DNA of 64,000 nt, from IMG/VR virus record IMGVR_UViG_3300031787_000071. One strand, written 5' to 3'. Source of the DNA: an uncultured virus (IMG/VR IMGVR_UViG_3300031787_000071) (lineage: Duplodnaviria > Heunggongvirae > Uroviricota > Caudoviricetes). This document shows, piece after piece, positions 1 through 9,821 of this stretch. The notes under the pieces are model-generated. The model was not told where the DNA came from, did no database searches, and saw only the letters and a list, made by a program, of their open reading frames with translations. Position 1 is the first letter of the stretch. Every line of letters starts with the position of its first letter. The position numbers and the translations under genes were made by a program.

Positions 1-660
1 CCTAACTACATAGGTAATTTTGTTAGCACAGGAGTTTTAGAAGGATTATTAAACTTACCAAATACTCTTGTTACTGACATTACAGATTGGGTAAGTTCAA
101 GAACTAGTTATGAAACAACAGGAGTACCTTTTAAGAGAAGTTCGAATCCCTCTATCACAAGATATCTTTCTTTACAGTGTGATACCGCTGAACTTCCAGG
201 AAAAACATTACAAACAGCCGATGTAAAAATTTATGGTCCGACATTTAAAATACCATATCAAAAACAATATAATGATATGAGTTTAAGTTTTATCTGTACA
301 AACGATTTTTATGAAAGAAAACTTTTTGATCTTTGGATCGATGCTATTATGCCATCTGACACCAACAATTTAAGATTTCCCAAAGATGAAGAAACTAGAT
401 ACATGACGGACATTCAAGTTCTTCAGTACGACGACTTTATCAAACAAATTTATTCTGTAAAATTAATCGATGCTTTTCCAATAGGTGTCGCAGCACAACC
501 GTTAGCTTGGAGTGATGACGGTTATCATAGATTAACTGTTCAATTCGCATATCAAAAATATCAAACTATCTATGAAGGTTATACTGATCTGGGTGAAGCA
601 GCTGCTTCTTACTTTGGAGCAAAAAGTACAAAGTTATTTGACAAATTCTTTAAATTTTAA
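1..660 (+). CDS. Baseplate-tail tube initiator, T4 gp54/gp19-like (5'-truncated)
   Basis: Frame is open from base 1, upstream of the ORF-track Met. Tail-tube-family motifs CDTAELPG, KIPY and LIDAFPIGV...LTVQFAY; lies just before gp26. Confidence 0.8.
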   Translation, partial: PNYIGNFVSTGVLEGLLNLPNTLVTDITDWVSSRTSYETTGVPFKRSSNPSITRYLSLQCDTAELPGKTLQTADVKIYGPTFKIPYQKQYNDMSLSFICTNDFYERKLFDLWIDAIMPSDTNNLRFPKDEETRYMTDIQVLQYDDFIKQIYSVKLIDAFPIGVAAQPLAWSDDGYHRLTVQFAYQKYQTIYEGYTDLGEAAASYFGAKSTKLFDKFFKF

Positions 661-671
661 ATGGAGTTACT

Positions 672-1400
672 ATGTTACCTAAAATTGATGTTCCGTTATT
701 TGAAATAAAATTAAGTTCTACTGGTGAGTTTATTAAGTTTAGACCTTTTACAGTAAAAGAAGAAAAATTATTTCTTATGGCTTATGAATCTGATGATGCA
801 AAATATTCTGTAGACACAATTATGCAAGTTTTAAATAATTGTGTAGTAAGTGATATTGATATAAAGGATTTGCCAACATTTGATATTGAACATTTATTTT
901 TAAATATTAGAGCTCGTTCAATTGGCGAAATAGTCAAATTAAAGTACCGTTGTAATAATGATGTTGGTACAGAAGAAGAACCTAAAAAATGTAACAGTTC
1001 TGTTGAAATAGATTTGAATGTTTTGGAAATAGAACCAACTAAAGAAGAAAATCATTCAAATAAAATAGAAATCACAGACAAATTAGGTATCATGATGAAG
1101 TATCCTAAAATGAACTTGATAAAAGATAACACGAATACAGAAGATTTTAATGTTGTTTTAGATTTAATTATAAACTGTATTGATTTTATTTACGATGAAA
1201 ACAATGTATATTATGCGAAAGATTCTACTAAAGAAGAATTAACAGAGTTTTTAGATTCGTTACAATCTAAAGATTTGGAAAAAATTAAAGATTTTTTCGA
1301 CACTATGCCAAAACTTAAAAAGAAAGTAGATTTTGAATGTAATAAATGCGGCTATCACGAAAACATTGAATTAGAAGGTTTACAAAGTTTTTTCGGTTAA
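672..1400 (+). CDS. gp26: T4 gp26-like baseplate hub assembly chaperone
   Basis: MLPKI, FRPFTVKEEK, FDIEHLFLNIRARSIGE, C-terminal CxxC...LEGLQSFF; GGAG RBS. Confidence 0.92.
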   Translation: MLPKIDVPLFEIKLSSTGEFIKFRPFTVKEEKLFLMAYESDDAKYSVDTIMQVLNNCVVSDIDIKDLPTFDIEHLFLNIRARSIGEIVKLKYRCNNDVGTEEEPKKCNSSVEIDLNVLEIEPTKEENHSNKIEITDKLGIMMKYPKMNLIKDNTNTEDFNVVLDLIINCIDFIYDENNVYYAKDSTKEELTEFLDSLQSKDLEKIKDFFDTMPKLKKKVDFECNKCGYHENIELEGLQSFFG

Positions 1401-1588
1401 CATTTGGTCATGACAATTTGCAGAATCACTATCACACCAACTTTGCGTTAATGCAACATCACAAATATAGTTTAACAGAGTTGGAGAATATGATTCCTTG
1501 GGAAAAAGATATCTATGTGAATATGTTAATGAGATATCTAGAAGAAGAATCTGAAAGATTAAAAGCAGCACAAAATCAAAAGAGATAA
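1388..1588 (+). CDS. gp51: T4 gp51-like hub assembly catalyst, in the -1 frame relative to gp26 (first ATG 1451; likely made by frameshift)
   Basis: Own translation: FFRLTFGHDNLQNHYHTNFALMQHHKYSLTELENMIPWEKDIYVNMLMRYLEEESERLKAAQNQKR*. Not in the ORF track. Confidence 0.88.
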   Translation, partial: FFRLTFGHDNLQNHYHTNFALMQHHKYSLTELENMIPWEKDIYVNMLMRYLEEESERLKAAQNQKR

Positions 1589-1591
1589 AAT

Positions 1592-3556
1592 ATGGCAACT
1601 AAAAAACCATCAAGAGGAAGATTAACAGAAATCGTTGCTTCACGAAGAAGTCAGGGTAGCAGCGTTACTGGAGCTTTAGCTAGTGGTATCAAAGAAAGAC
1701 TTAAGGAAAAATTTGATCCTCGGCAATTAATTAATCAAAGAGGATTATTAACTGCTTTATTTCCTGGACTAAAAACATATCAAGCAAAAACTTCCGCATC
1801 AGAAATATCACAATCTTCGATGCAAGTTACGTCTTTTGATGAAATAAAACCTATGTTGGAAACCATTTCATTCAATACAAAAATGACAGCAAAAAATACT
1901 ATGGTTTTACCAGCACTACACCGAGATGTAAATGTAATTCGTCAAAATATAGTAAAATTAGTAAAGTTAAAAGGCGGTGACGCTAGAACAAAAGCCGATA
2001 TGTATTTTGTAAAAGCAAAAGAACGTGAGGACAAATATGAACGGGAACTAAAAAAAGAAAGAAATAAACAAAGTAGAATCCAAAAAATAAAAGAAGATGA
2101 AAAGAAAAAACAAGATGATGGCACTAAAAGTTTTTTTCAAAAATTAATTTCTTCAATAGTGAAAGGATTATCCTCAGTCGTTAGTGCTTTAGCTAGTCTT
2201 GGTAAAGCTATATTAGGAGCATTTAAATTTTTAGCCGGAATTGTAGGCACTATATTTACAACTTTAGGAAAGGCCTTTTTTGGAGCTTTGTCCGGTTTAG
2301 CTGGATTAATGCCAAACCTTAAGAACATACTTAAAACAATCGTAGGATTCATCTCAAGTGATTTAGTTAAAATATTAATTAGATCAATAATAGGTAGACT
2401 TATAGGATTTGTATTAAGTCCAAAAGGATTAATAAGAATAGGAATGGGATTATTAGCATTTTTTGCTGGAGCTTTTGGTCTATCAATACTTCCAGAAGCA
2501 AGACGACAAGCAAATATGTTACAGGATAAAAACATATCCGATAAAGATATGTATCAACAAACAATAAATGAAAAATCTTTGGATTTAAAAAAAGGAGAAT
2601 ATTCTGAATTGCCAACAAGTGGCAGAAAAATGGAAGGAGAAGAATTAGAAAGATCTAAATTAATAGGTTTGACGGCTGATGCAAATGCAAAATATTCTAT
2701 AATCGGAGCTTCAGAAGGAAAATCTGTACAATTAGGAAAAAATGGAGAATTAACTGAGTTACAAAAAAATATATTAAAAGATAGGTTTGCTCCTGGAGTT
2801 TTACAAGAATACTATAGTAAAATGAGAAATATGTATAAAATACACATACCAGGACTTAATGATACTCATCCTTTTTTACTGACAAAAGAACAAGCTGTCG
2901 AATACGGTGATAAACAACGAGAATACTTCTCAGCACTTAGAAAACTAATCTCATTACAAAATTCAGCAAGTCCTGCTAAAACAAAACTCAGAGAAGAATT
3001 TAATATAATAAAAAGTGATTTATTAAGTTTTGCTGCAAATTTTGTTGCAGAACAAATTAATTCAAATAGTGCCGATAAACGTATTTACTTTTCCAACTTG
3101 CGAAGTGTTATGGAAAATTTAGATCCAGGTTTTCTTGACGCTTATACTGAAAGAGCAACTGATGTAATTATGAACAGTGATATAATGAAAGGCATCACAA
3201 GTAACGTAGAAAAAGCGGGTGAAAAATTTGTTAAAGATTTAGATATTCCCGACGTTAGTTCAATTATAAAGAATACTGCTAACACAGCAAGAAACAGTCT
3301 TACAAGTTTATCAGGAAGTTTAGAAACACAAATGAAAGATTTTTATACAACAAACATCATAGATAAAACATTTGATAATAGAAAAAAATCTGTGGTGTTT
3401 AAACAACCAATCGTTATAACTCAAGAATCGGATAAAAAAAGTTTTCCACCTTTTGTAGGAGGACTCGGAGGTGCAGCTTCTGCTTGGAATAATGATTTCA
3501 TAGATAAACACTTTTCTGATATGATGTCCAACCCATTAGGTCCTTTTAAGAATTAA
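1592..3556 (+). CDS. Tape-measure / baseplate hub (gp29-position) protein
   Basis: Follows gp26/gp51; coiled coil then Gly/Ala-rich amphipathic and hydrophobic helices; N-terminus paralogous to the next gene. Confidence 0.6.
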   Translation: MATKKPSRGRLTEIVASRRSQGSSVTGALASGIKERLKEKFDPRQLINQRGLLTALFPGLKTYQAKTSASEISQSSMQVTSFDEIKPMLETISFNTKMTAKNTMVLPALHRDVNVIRQNIVKLVKLKGGDARTKADMYFVKAKEREDKYERELKKERNKQSRIQKIKEDEKKKQDDGTKSFFQKLISSIVKGLSSVVSALASLGKAILGAFKFLAGIVGTIFTTLGKAFFGALSGLAGLMPNLKNILKTIVGFISSDLVKILIRSIIGRLIGFVLSPKGLIRIGMGLLAFFAGAFGLSILPEARRQANMLQDKNISDKDMYQQTINEKSLDLKKGEYSELPTSGRKMEGEELERSKLIGLTADANAKYSIIGASEGKSVQLGKNGELTELQKNILKDRFAPGVLQEYYSKMRNMYKIHIPGLNDTHPFLLTKEQAVEYGDKQREYFSALRKLISLQNSASPAKTKLREEFNIIKSDLLSFAANFVAEQINSNSADKRIYFSNLRSVMENLDPGFLDAYTERATDVIMNSDIMKGITSNVEKAGEKFVKDLDIPDVSSIIKNTANTARNSLTSLSGSLETQMKDFYTTNIIDKTFDNRKKSVVFKQPIVITQESDKKSFPPFVGGLGGAASAWNNDFIDKHFSDMMSNPLGPFKN

Positions 3557-3557
3557 A

Positions 3558-5411
3558 ATGTCTAGATTATCCGAAATAGTATCATATCGAAGAAGTCAGG
3601 GTAGCAGCGTTACTGGAGCTTTGGCCGGAGGTATCAAAGAAAGATTAAAAGAAAAATTTGATCCGCGACAGTTAATTAATCAAAGAGGTTTATTAGCTGC
3701 TTTATTTCCGGGATTAAAAACTTACCAATCGAAAGCAGGATCAAATCCTAGGATATCCGGAAAATCAATAGAAAAATCTTCAGTGGATGTTTCAGATATA
3801 AAACCTATATTTGAAAATATACAATCTGACACCAGAATTACAGCTAAAAATCTAAGTGTTTTACCTTCTATTCACAGAGACTTCAATGTGATTAGACAAA
3901 ATATTGTAAAACTTTTAAAGTTGGAAAAATTTGATGCAGCAACAAAAGCTGATATGTATTTTAAAGCTGCCGCAAAAAGAGAAGAAATGTATGAATCACA
4001 ATTATCAAATTTAAGAAATAACAATTCTCCGGAAAGACAAATCACTAAACCAAATTCAGGATCTTTTAATTTTGGAGTTTTAGTGGATGCAGCATTTTTT
4101 GCAGGTCTTTTAGGTATGGTTACCTTAGCTATTAAAGGTGTATATAATGCGGTTGAAAGAATAAGAAATATAGACTTAAAAGAATCTATTGATGATTTCT
4201 TAAAATCAGTACAAAAATCGATTGATGAAGTAATGTCGATTGATTTTTTTACTGATGCGTCCGATATCGAAAGAGAAATGTCCAGGTTAACATTTGGTAC
4301 TTTAACTGAAGATCAAAAAAAGAAATTTTTGGAAGCTCAAGCAAAAGCTGAAGGATTTGGTGTAAAAGGAACAAAACCAACTGAACTTAATAATCCTGGA
4401 GCAATGCTTTATAATGAAAAAGATGAATCTCAAAAAAAATTGGGAGCTAAACCTTCTGAAAAACATTTCTTAAATGTAAATGGTAAAAAAATTCCTTTTG
4501 CACAATTTCCTACTGTTGAAGCTGGAAAACAAGCTCAGAGAGAAAAATGGGAATCTCCAATGTATAAATCAAAACCTTTAAATGAAGCAGCTAGAATTTG
4601 GAGTGGAACTGTAGGAGTAGACACCAAAGCATCTCAAAATTATTTGAAACTTTTATTTGATTCATTAGGAATAGGAACACCAATAGGCGGTTTCGTAAAA
4701 AAACCAGCTGGTCCTAGAACTATAAAAGATGTAAATGTAGAAGGCTTCAAAATGAAAGAAGTTACTGGTGATTTTGGAATTTATGGTCAAATGTCTAAAG
4801 TTGAAAATGTTGTTCTGCACCATACTGGTGATAATAGATTAACAAGTGCCTTAAATGAATTTGAAAGATTTCAAACAGACAAAGAAGGCAAAAGCAAAGG
4901 TTATAAACACGGCGTTCAATATGTGATTGATAGAGATGGAACTGTTTATAACATAGCTCCAGATAAATCAATCATGTACCACGCTGGAACTAAATCGGGA
5001 GTAACGAATCAAAACTCAATTGGTGTAGAAATAGTTTCTAAAAATAGTGAATCATTTACTGAAGCTCAAACCAAATCAGCAAAAGCTCTTGTTGCTTTTT
5101 TAAGAAAACGTCATGGAGATTTAAATGTAGTTGGACATGGAGAAATTTCTCCAGATAAAATGAAATCTGAAGGTAGAGCTTTGGCTGAAGAAATAAGAAA
5201 AAATCCTCCAGTTTTTAGTCCTCAATCCATGGGTAATATGGGTGAGATGATAGATAATTCTTCTTTTAATGTGGCTTTTGGATCAATGAATGAAGATACT
5301 CCAATAGTTTTCATCAACAATAATACTAATCAACAAAATGTAATAGTGATGGAAAATCAGTCAGAATCTAAAGATTATTTACCAAATTTGTTTCGAAGTA
5401 TTATCGCATAA
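3558..5411 (+). CDS. Virion hub protein with C-terminal N-acetylmuramoyl-L-alanine amidase (Amidase_2) domain
   Basis: VVLHHTG, YVIDRDG, YHAG, NQNSIGVEIV, VGHGEI amidase motifs. Middle NNPG...FAQFPT segment resembles virion lysozyme-like domains. Confidence 0.78.
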   Translation: MSRLSEIVSYRRSQGSSVTGALAGGIKERLKEKFDPRQLINQRGLLAALFPGLKTYQSKAGSNPRISGKSIEKSSVDVSDIKPIFENIQSDTRITAKNLSVLPSIHRDFNVIRQNIVKLLKLEKFDAATKADMYFKAAAKREEMYESQLSNLRNNNSPERQITKPNSGSFNFGVLVDAAFFAGLLGMVTLAIKGVYNAVERIRNIDLKESIDDFLKSVQKSIDEVMSIDFFTDASDIEREMSRLTFGTLTEDQKKKFLEAQAKAEGFGVKGTKPTELNNPGAMLYNEKDESQKKLGAKPSEKHFLNVNGKKIPFAQFPTVEAGKQAQREKWESPMYKSKPLNEAARIWSGTVGVDTKASQNYLKLLFDSLGIGTPIGGFVKKPAGPRTIKDVNVEGFKMKEVTGDFGIYGQMSKVENVVLHHTGDNRLTSALNEFERFQTDKEGKSKGYKHGVQYVIDRDGTVYNIAPDKSIMYHAGTKSGVTNQNSIGVEIVSKNSESFTEAQTKSAKALVAFLRKRHGDLNVVGHGEISPDKMKSEGRALAEEIRKNPPVFSPQSMGNMGEMIDNSSFNVAFGSMNEDTPIVFINNNTNQQNVIVMENQSESKDYLPNLFRSIIA

Positions 5412-5438
5412 AAAACCCACCTTTCGGTGGGTTTTCTT
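5410..5438. terminator. Bidirectional intrinsic terminator between convergent genes
   Basis: AAAAACCCACC-TTTC-GGTGGGTTTT(CTTT). Confidence 0.9.
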
Positions 5439-6329
5439 TTAGTCTTGAGATGCGAGTGATTTAAAATAATCCAAATCATCATCATCAATATTTGATGAAG
5501 TATCGAATGAAGATCCATCAAGATCAGATGAAGTTTTAGGAACAAAATCTTCAGCTTTAGTTCTTGGTGCAACAGCTTCAAAACCTAGAGCTTTATCAAG
5601 ACGAGCTTTCAATTGCTCATACGATTTAAAGTTTTTCTTCTCTGTAAATTCTTTTAGGGAGAATTCTTTCTTCCAAAGTTCTTCAAGTTTATCATCATCA
5701 CCATCAAGAACAGCAGACTTATCTGCAAATTCCGATTTATCATAATTACGATAACCTTCAACATTACGAATCTTCAACTTGAAGTTAGCACCTTCCCATA
5801 GATCAAATGGGTTAACAGGTGTTTCATCAGCAAACTCAGGATTCATTGCTTCAGTAATCTTATCAAAGATTTTCTTACCGAATTTAAACAGTTTAATCTG
5901 TCCTTCGTTTTCTGGATTACTTGGATCCGAGATAACGAGAATATTTGCAATGTATGAGAGTTTACGTTTTTGTTTACGAGCAATATCTTTATTTGCTTCA
6001 ACACCAGAATTCCACAAAGTAGAATTGTGTTCGCAAACAGGACATTTATCGTTCAATGTAGTAAGACAGTTATCAATTAACCATCCACCAGGTCCCTGAA
6101 AACCGTGATGAAAAATTCTTACCCATGGTAGACCTTCATCACCATCTGCTGCAGGTGCTGGCAAGAAACGAATGACTGCCATACCATTACCAGCTTTATC
6201 AACTGATGGTTGCCAAAATCTATTATCGTCCTTTGAATTTGCTTCGCCAGATTGGGTTGTTGATTCAATCGCCTTTGTTAGTTTGTCCAACGAACTGCGA
6301 TTGCGTTTGAGATTTGCAAAACTAGACAT
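5439..6329 (-). CDS. gp32: Single-stranded DNA-binding protein gp32
   Basis: DNRFW, AVIRFLPA, HGFQGPGGW, NCLTT...CPVCE, FGKKIFDKI, NYDKSEF; acidic tail. Confidence 0.97.
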   Translation of the reverse strand: MSSFANLKRNRSSLDKLTKAIESTTQSGEANSKDDNRFWQPSVDKAGNGMAVIRFLPAPAADGDEGLPWVRIFHHGFQGPGGWLIDNCLTTLNDKCPVCEHNSTLWNSGVEANKDIARKQKRKLSYIANILVISDPSNPENEGQIKLFKFGKKIFDKITEAMNPEFADETPVNPFDLWEGANFKLKIRNVEGYRNYDKSEFADKSAVLDGDDDKLEELWKKEFSLKEFTEKKNFKSYEQLKARLDKALGFEAVAPRTKAEDFVPKTSSDLDGSSFDTSSNIDDDDLDYFKSLASQD

Positions 6330-6398
6330 AGTACTTCCTTTCGTATAAACGGTGTATTAACGGTGTATAAAACGACTTATCCACATAAACATAGTATA

Positions 6399-6896
6399 TC
6401 ATTTATTTAGTGAACTTGCAAGCAACTTCTTCAACATTTCCTTAGTTTTAGTAATATCTTTATGAAGTATACCATGACCTCCAGCTTTATTAAAACTTTC
6501 AATCACATCTGGAGTATCATCAATCAAAATCATATCTGGTGTAGCATAATCTTTCTTATGTTTTCTACCAGGAACAATATTTGCTTTGTAGTTAATGCCA
6601 TGGCTACGAAGCCATTTAATCTTCTGAACGGTTACTTCACCATGAAACTTCTCTCCACCAGATGAGGAAAGAATTTCAACTTCAACTGGATATTTTTTAA
6701 TAAAACTCAACAATTCTTTACCACCAGGATACCAATCTAATGTGGCAAAATTTTCACCTTTAACAAACTGTTTCCAATTTGGGTTAAAATTCTTCTTATC
6801 TCTTGTTTCACCTGGTGTTTCATCGAATAAATGAAAATAGCGTTTTTCAAAATCACATAAAACGCCATCCATATCAAGATATATTTTTTTGATCAT
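6399..6896 (-). CDS. HAD-family 5'(3')-deoxyribonucleotidase
   Basis: YLDMDGVLCDF motif I; ILIDD motif; AGGHGILH. Confidence 0.85.
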   Translation of the reverse strand: MIKKIYLDMDGVLCDFEKRYFHLFDETPGETRDKKNFNPNWKQFVKGENFATLDWYPGGKELLSFIKKYPVEVEILSSSGGEKFHGEVTVQKIKWLRSHGINYKANIVPGRKHKKDYATPDMILIDDTPDVIESFNKAGGHGILHKDITKTKEMLKKLLASSLNK

Positions 6897-6898
6897 AA

Positions 6899-7105
6899 TT
6901 ATTTGAGTAAATAGTTTGCTAACCTAAAAACTTCTGTTTCTTCTAAAAAGAAATCATAAGAGGAAGTATTTGTCATCTCACCTTCTTTATTATACTGTTC
7001 ACCAGTAAAACGTAAATGCCTCATACCTCTAGGCGATAAGCAATCTTCCATTTGAAATTTTAATTTCCAGTCATCTCTATTTGTTAGAATTTCTTTAACA
7101 CTCAT
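6899..7105 (-). CDS. Hypothetical protein
   Basis: ORF in a tightly packed operon; GGAG RBS. Confidence 0.65.
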   Translation of the reverse strand: MSVKEILTNRDDWKLKFQMEDCLSPRGMRHLRFTGEQYNKEGEMTNTSSYDFFLEETEVFRLANYLLK

Positions 7106-7313
7106 AATCGTCTCCTTCGAAATATTTTTCTACTTTTGTCATTGCTTCTTCCAAAGTCACGGCAATGACTCTAACATATGCTATACCAGCACTGATGGAC
7201 ATATCAAAAGGAACAGGTCCATTAAAATTAAAACTATCGGGAACAGTATATTGAACCTCAAACTCCCTCAAGTTTTTTATTCGACTCATTATGTTATCAA
7301 ATTCTTTATTCAT
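7095..7313 (-). CDS. Hypothetical protein
   Basis: ORF in a tightly packed operon. Confidence 0.65.
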   Translation of the reverse strand: MNKEFDNIMSRIKNLREFEVQYTVPDSFNFNGPVPFDMSISAGIAYVRVIAVTLEEAMTKVEKYFEGDDYEC

Positions 7314-7318
7314 GGTAT

Positions 7319-8104
7319 TCAGTGAGATTCGCCATCTATAATATTATTATACATGATTTCTTTAACCGTGTCAACTCTTTCTTTGGAGTTTTTAGCTCCT
7401 AATATTACTATGGCATGTTTACGATTGTTTTGTTCTACCATAATTGCTACACAATAACCGGCTGGGTTGGTAAATCCAGTTTTACTCACAATTACATTAT
7501 CAAACTCAAAAAGAACCCTTCTGTTTGTATTATACAGAACGATTTTTCTTACCTTCTTCTTAAACTTAGTTTCTATAAGAGTTTGTTTTCTTATACTTAT
7601 ATTTTTTATTGTTGGATAATTTGATGCCGCAATCACCATATTCACAACTTCATTTGCAGTTGAAATATTACCCATATTAAGTCCTGTTGGATCTTTAAAA
7701 TAAGTAGAATTCATACCCAAATCACAAGTTTTTTTGTTCATGGCCTTTAAGAAAGCATCTCGACCACCAGGATAATCAGACGCTAAAGTTTCAGCAGCTG
7801 CGTTATCACTACGAATTAACATCGCTTCAAATAATTCACCTCTAGTGTATGACTTTGGTGGCAAACTAGACTTTACTTTTCGTACTAGATTTAATTGTTT
7901 ATTCATATCAGTACTGTAATCCAAAGCTACCATGGCGGTCATGAGTTTTGTAACACTAGCTATAGAACGAGTATCACTAATATTTTGATTGAACATGACT
8001 TTATTTTCAGAAACATCAAAGTGAATTATTGATGGTTCCGAACGCTTTGCATAAGAAAAGGTGCAAATAGTCAATGCAATTGTTGTTATTATTATTCTAA
8101 GCAT
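7319..8104 (-). CDS. Peptidase S11 D-alanyl-D-alanine carboxy/endopeptidase (PBP7/PbpG-like)
   Basis: Signal peptide; SIASVTK (SxxK), SDN (SxN), KTG motifs. Confidence 0.92.
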   Translation of the reverse strand: MLRIIITTIALTICTFSYAKRSEPSIIHFDVSENKVMFNQNISDTRSIASVTKLMTAMVALDYSTDMNKQLNLVRKVKSSLPPKSYTRGELFEAMLIRSDNAAAETLASDYPGGRDAFLKAMNKKTCDLGMNSTYFKDPTGLNMGNISTANEVVNMVIAASNYPTIKNISIRKQTLIETKFKKKVRKIVLYNTNRRVLFEFDNVIVSKTGFTNPAGYCVAIMVEQNNRKHAIVILGAKNSKERVDTVKEIMYNNIIDGESH

Positions 8105-8696
8105 TTAATATTTTCCTTAAAATTATTTTGTTTTTTGTTTGGTCTTTGTTCAAAAAATCATTATATTTTAAGACTTTCATTCTATACGATGGCCATATAA
8201 TAGTATCTTCTATTTTTTGTTTCCACATTGGAAAAAAATTTAAAATAGAATTCAGAACACAAAGAGTTTCTATTTCAATCTCTTTTCTCATACATGATGT
8301 AAGTAACTTGGGATGAGAACCCTGCTCGGGCACTAATAACTCATTTGGATTTTGAACATTGGAAAATAGTTTGATACAATCATTCTCGAAAACATATGAG
8401 AACGACTGTATCACCTTTTTTCTTTTCATATGATGCACATCAGCATCTTCGTTCAATAAATCTCCAATCCAGAGTTTTTCATTGTTCACTAAATTTGATA
8501 CAATGAAAGATACCAGATCATCTTTTAGATTAAACTTCTTTGAAAGTTTAGTGAAATGCCATTTATCTTTTCTGTTTTCAAAAGAACTCAAACTAACATT
8601 TGTTTTCCCATTATATTTAAAGTAATCATATGATTCCTGAGTAAAATGTAGTTTGAGTGCGTTGTATATTCCAAAAGCCTCATAACCAGTTATCAT
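8097..8696 (-). CDS. gp59: Helicase loader gp59
   Basis: YNALKLHF...YDYFKYNGK, FENRKDK, ETLCVLN; synteny with gp32/gp33. Confidence 0.93.
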   Translation of the reverse strand: MITGYEAFGIYNALKLHFTQESYDYFKYNGKTNVSLSSFENRKDKWHFTKLSKKFNLKDDLVSFIVSNLVNNEKLWIGDLLNEDADVHHMKRKKVIQSFSYVFENDCIKLFSNVQNPNELLVPEQGSHPKLLTSCMRKEIEIETLCVLNSILNFFPMWKQKIEDTIIWPSYRMKVLKYNDFLNKDQTKNKIILRKILNA

Positions 8697-8926
8697 ATTG
8701 GCAGTCGATTACCTTTCACCTTCAATAAATTATTATTCATAGCTTCACTCTCAATCTTAGCCTTAAGGTTTTGATTGATGAGTGAAGCAGCAACCTCTAT
8801 TTCAAGACCAGTTTGCTTACAGTGCTCAACTATGGCTTCAATGTAGTTGTAATCAGTGTTTGCAACTAATGATTCAATAGTTTTCGCAAATTTAAGCATT
8901 TCGTCTTTTGTCGGCATAAATTTCAT
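8693..8926 (-). CDS. gp33: Late transcription coactivator gp33
   Basis: YIEAIVEHC, LKAKIESEA...NLLK...LPI. Confidence 0.92.
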   Translation of the reverse strand: MKFMPTKDEMLKFAKTIESLVANTDYNYIEAIVEHCKQTGLEIEVAASLINQNLKAKIESEAMNNNLLKVKGNRLPI

Positions 8927-8929
8927 ACC

Positions 8930-9283
8930 TTACAAAGATTTTGCAAGTGGGCATTCTGGTTGATAACAATCATGTCTAGCCATAATATCTATTGCGAAAC
9001 CACAAATATTACATTTATCAGATTGTGACATCAATTTCTTAGCATCTTCATTCCACGATGATAGAGAATCAACTATAAAATTTATACTACTTGGACTATT
9101 CGTGTGTTCGTTTGACAATTCTATATCAGTACCAACTATATCAATTTCACCATCAATATGAAAGGTACTTCCTTTCAAAAAATAACCGAAATTTTCTAGA
9201 ATTTCATCTAACGAATCTGCATAGAATTCTGTAGAATTTTTCCAATTGGAGTATTCATCTTCACATGTAAATGTATATTTCAT
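8930..9283 (-). CDS. Hypothetical protein with C-terminal Cys cluster
   Basis: ORF in operon; CxxC...HxC...C. Confidence 0.65.
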   Translation of the reverse strand: MKYTFTCEDEYSNWKNSTEFYADSLDEILENFGYFLKGSTFHIDGEIDIVGTDIELSNEHTNSPSSINFIVDSLSSWNEDAKKLMSQSDKCNICGFAIDIMARHDCYQPECPLAKSL

Positions 9284-9552
9284 TTTACGACCGTTTCATA
9301 AAGAGTTTCAAATTGTTCATGTACTGCAACTTCCTCATCATAATTTTGTTTATGATATACTTTCACCATCTTAGCGACAAGTTTTTTCGGTAGTTGAAGA
9401 TCCTTTGCAATATTAGTTGTTGCTTCTTTAATATAATCCTTTTCGCCTTCCATGCGTGTCAATGAATTTGAACATTCTTTCAACACAACCAGAAGTTTCT
9501 CGCGGTCAGCAGGATTACTAAGTACATTTACTGATAATTGTTGTACAGCCAT
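9280..9552 (-). CDS. dsbA: T4 DsbA-like double-stranded DNA-binding protein
   Basis: KMVKVYHKQNY...FETLYE; position upstream of gp33. Confidence 0.8.
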   Translation of the reverse strand: MAVQQLSVNVLSNPADREKLLVVLKECSNSLTRMEGEKDYIKEATTNIAKDLQLPKKLVAKMVKVYHKQNYDEEVAVHEQFETLYETVVK

Positions 9553-9569
9553 AATGAAAATCTCCTATT

Positions 9570-9818
9570 TTATTTGTAACGTGTTCCAGATGCAGCATGA
9601 GTAACGCAGATAATATCATCACCTCTCGCATATGAGCAACGAACTGAAAGTGGATCTATTCCTTTGGAGATAGCATTTTCAATATTCGATGCCATCAATT
9701 TGCGTTCGTTCAATCCGTAAATGCAGACAGCAACAATAGCTGAAATAAGTACTACTGTTACAGAAAAAATTACCGCATAACTTTTGTTGTTTGATTCACT
9801 ACTCATTAAGTTCTCCAT
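9570..9818 (-). CDS. Small membrane protein
   Basis: One TM helix; GIDPLSVRC motif. Confidence 0.7.
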   Translation of the reverse strand: MENLMSSESNNKSYAVIFSVTVVLISAIVAVCIYGLNERKLMASNIENAISKGIDPLSVRCSYARGDDIICVTHAASGTRYK

Positions 9819-9821
9819 AGT

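Noticed and set aside
1380..1598. Minus-strand 72-aa ORF between gp26 and the tape-measure-like gene
   Set aside because: It is the antisense shadow of the gp51 reading frame.
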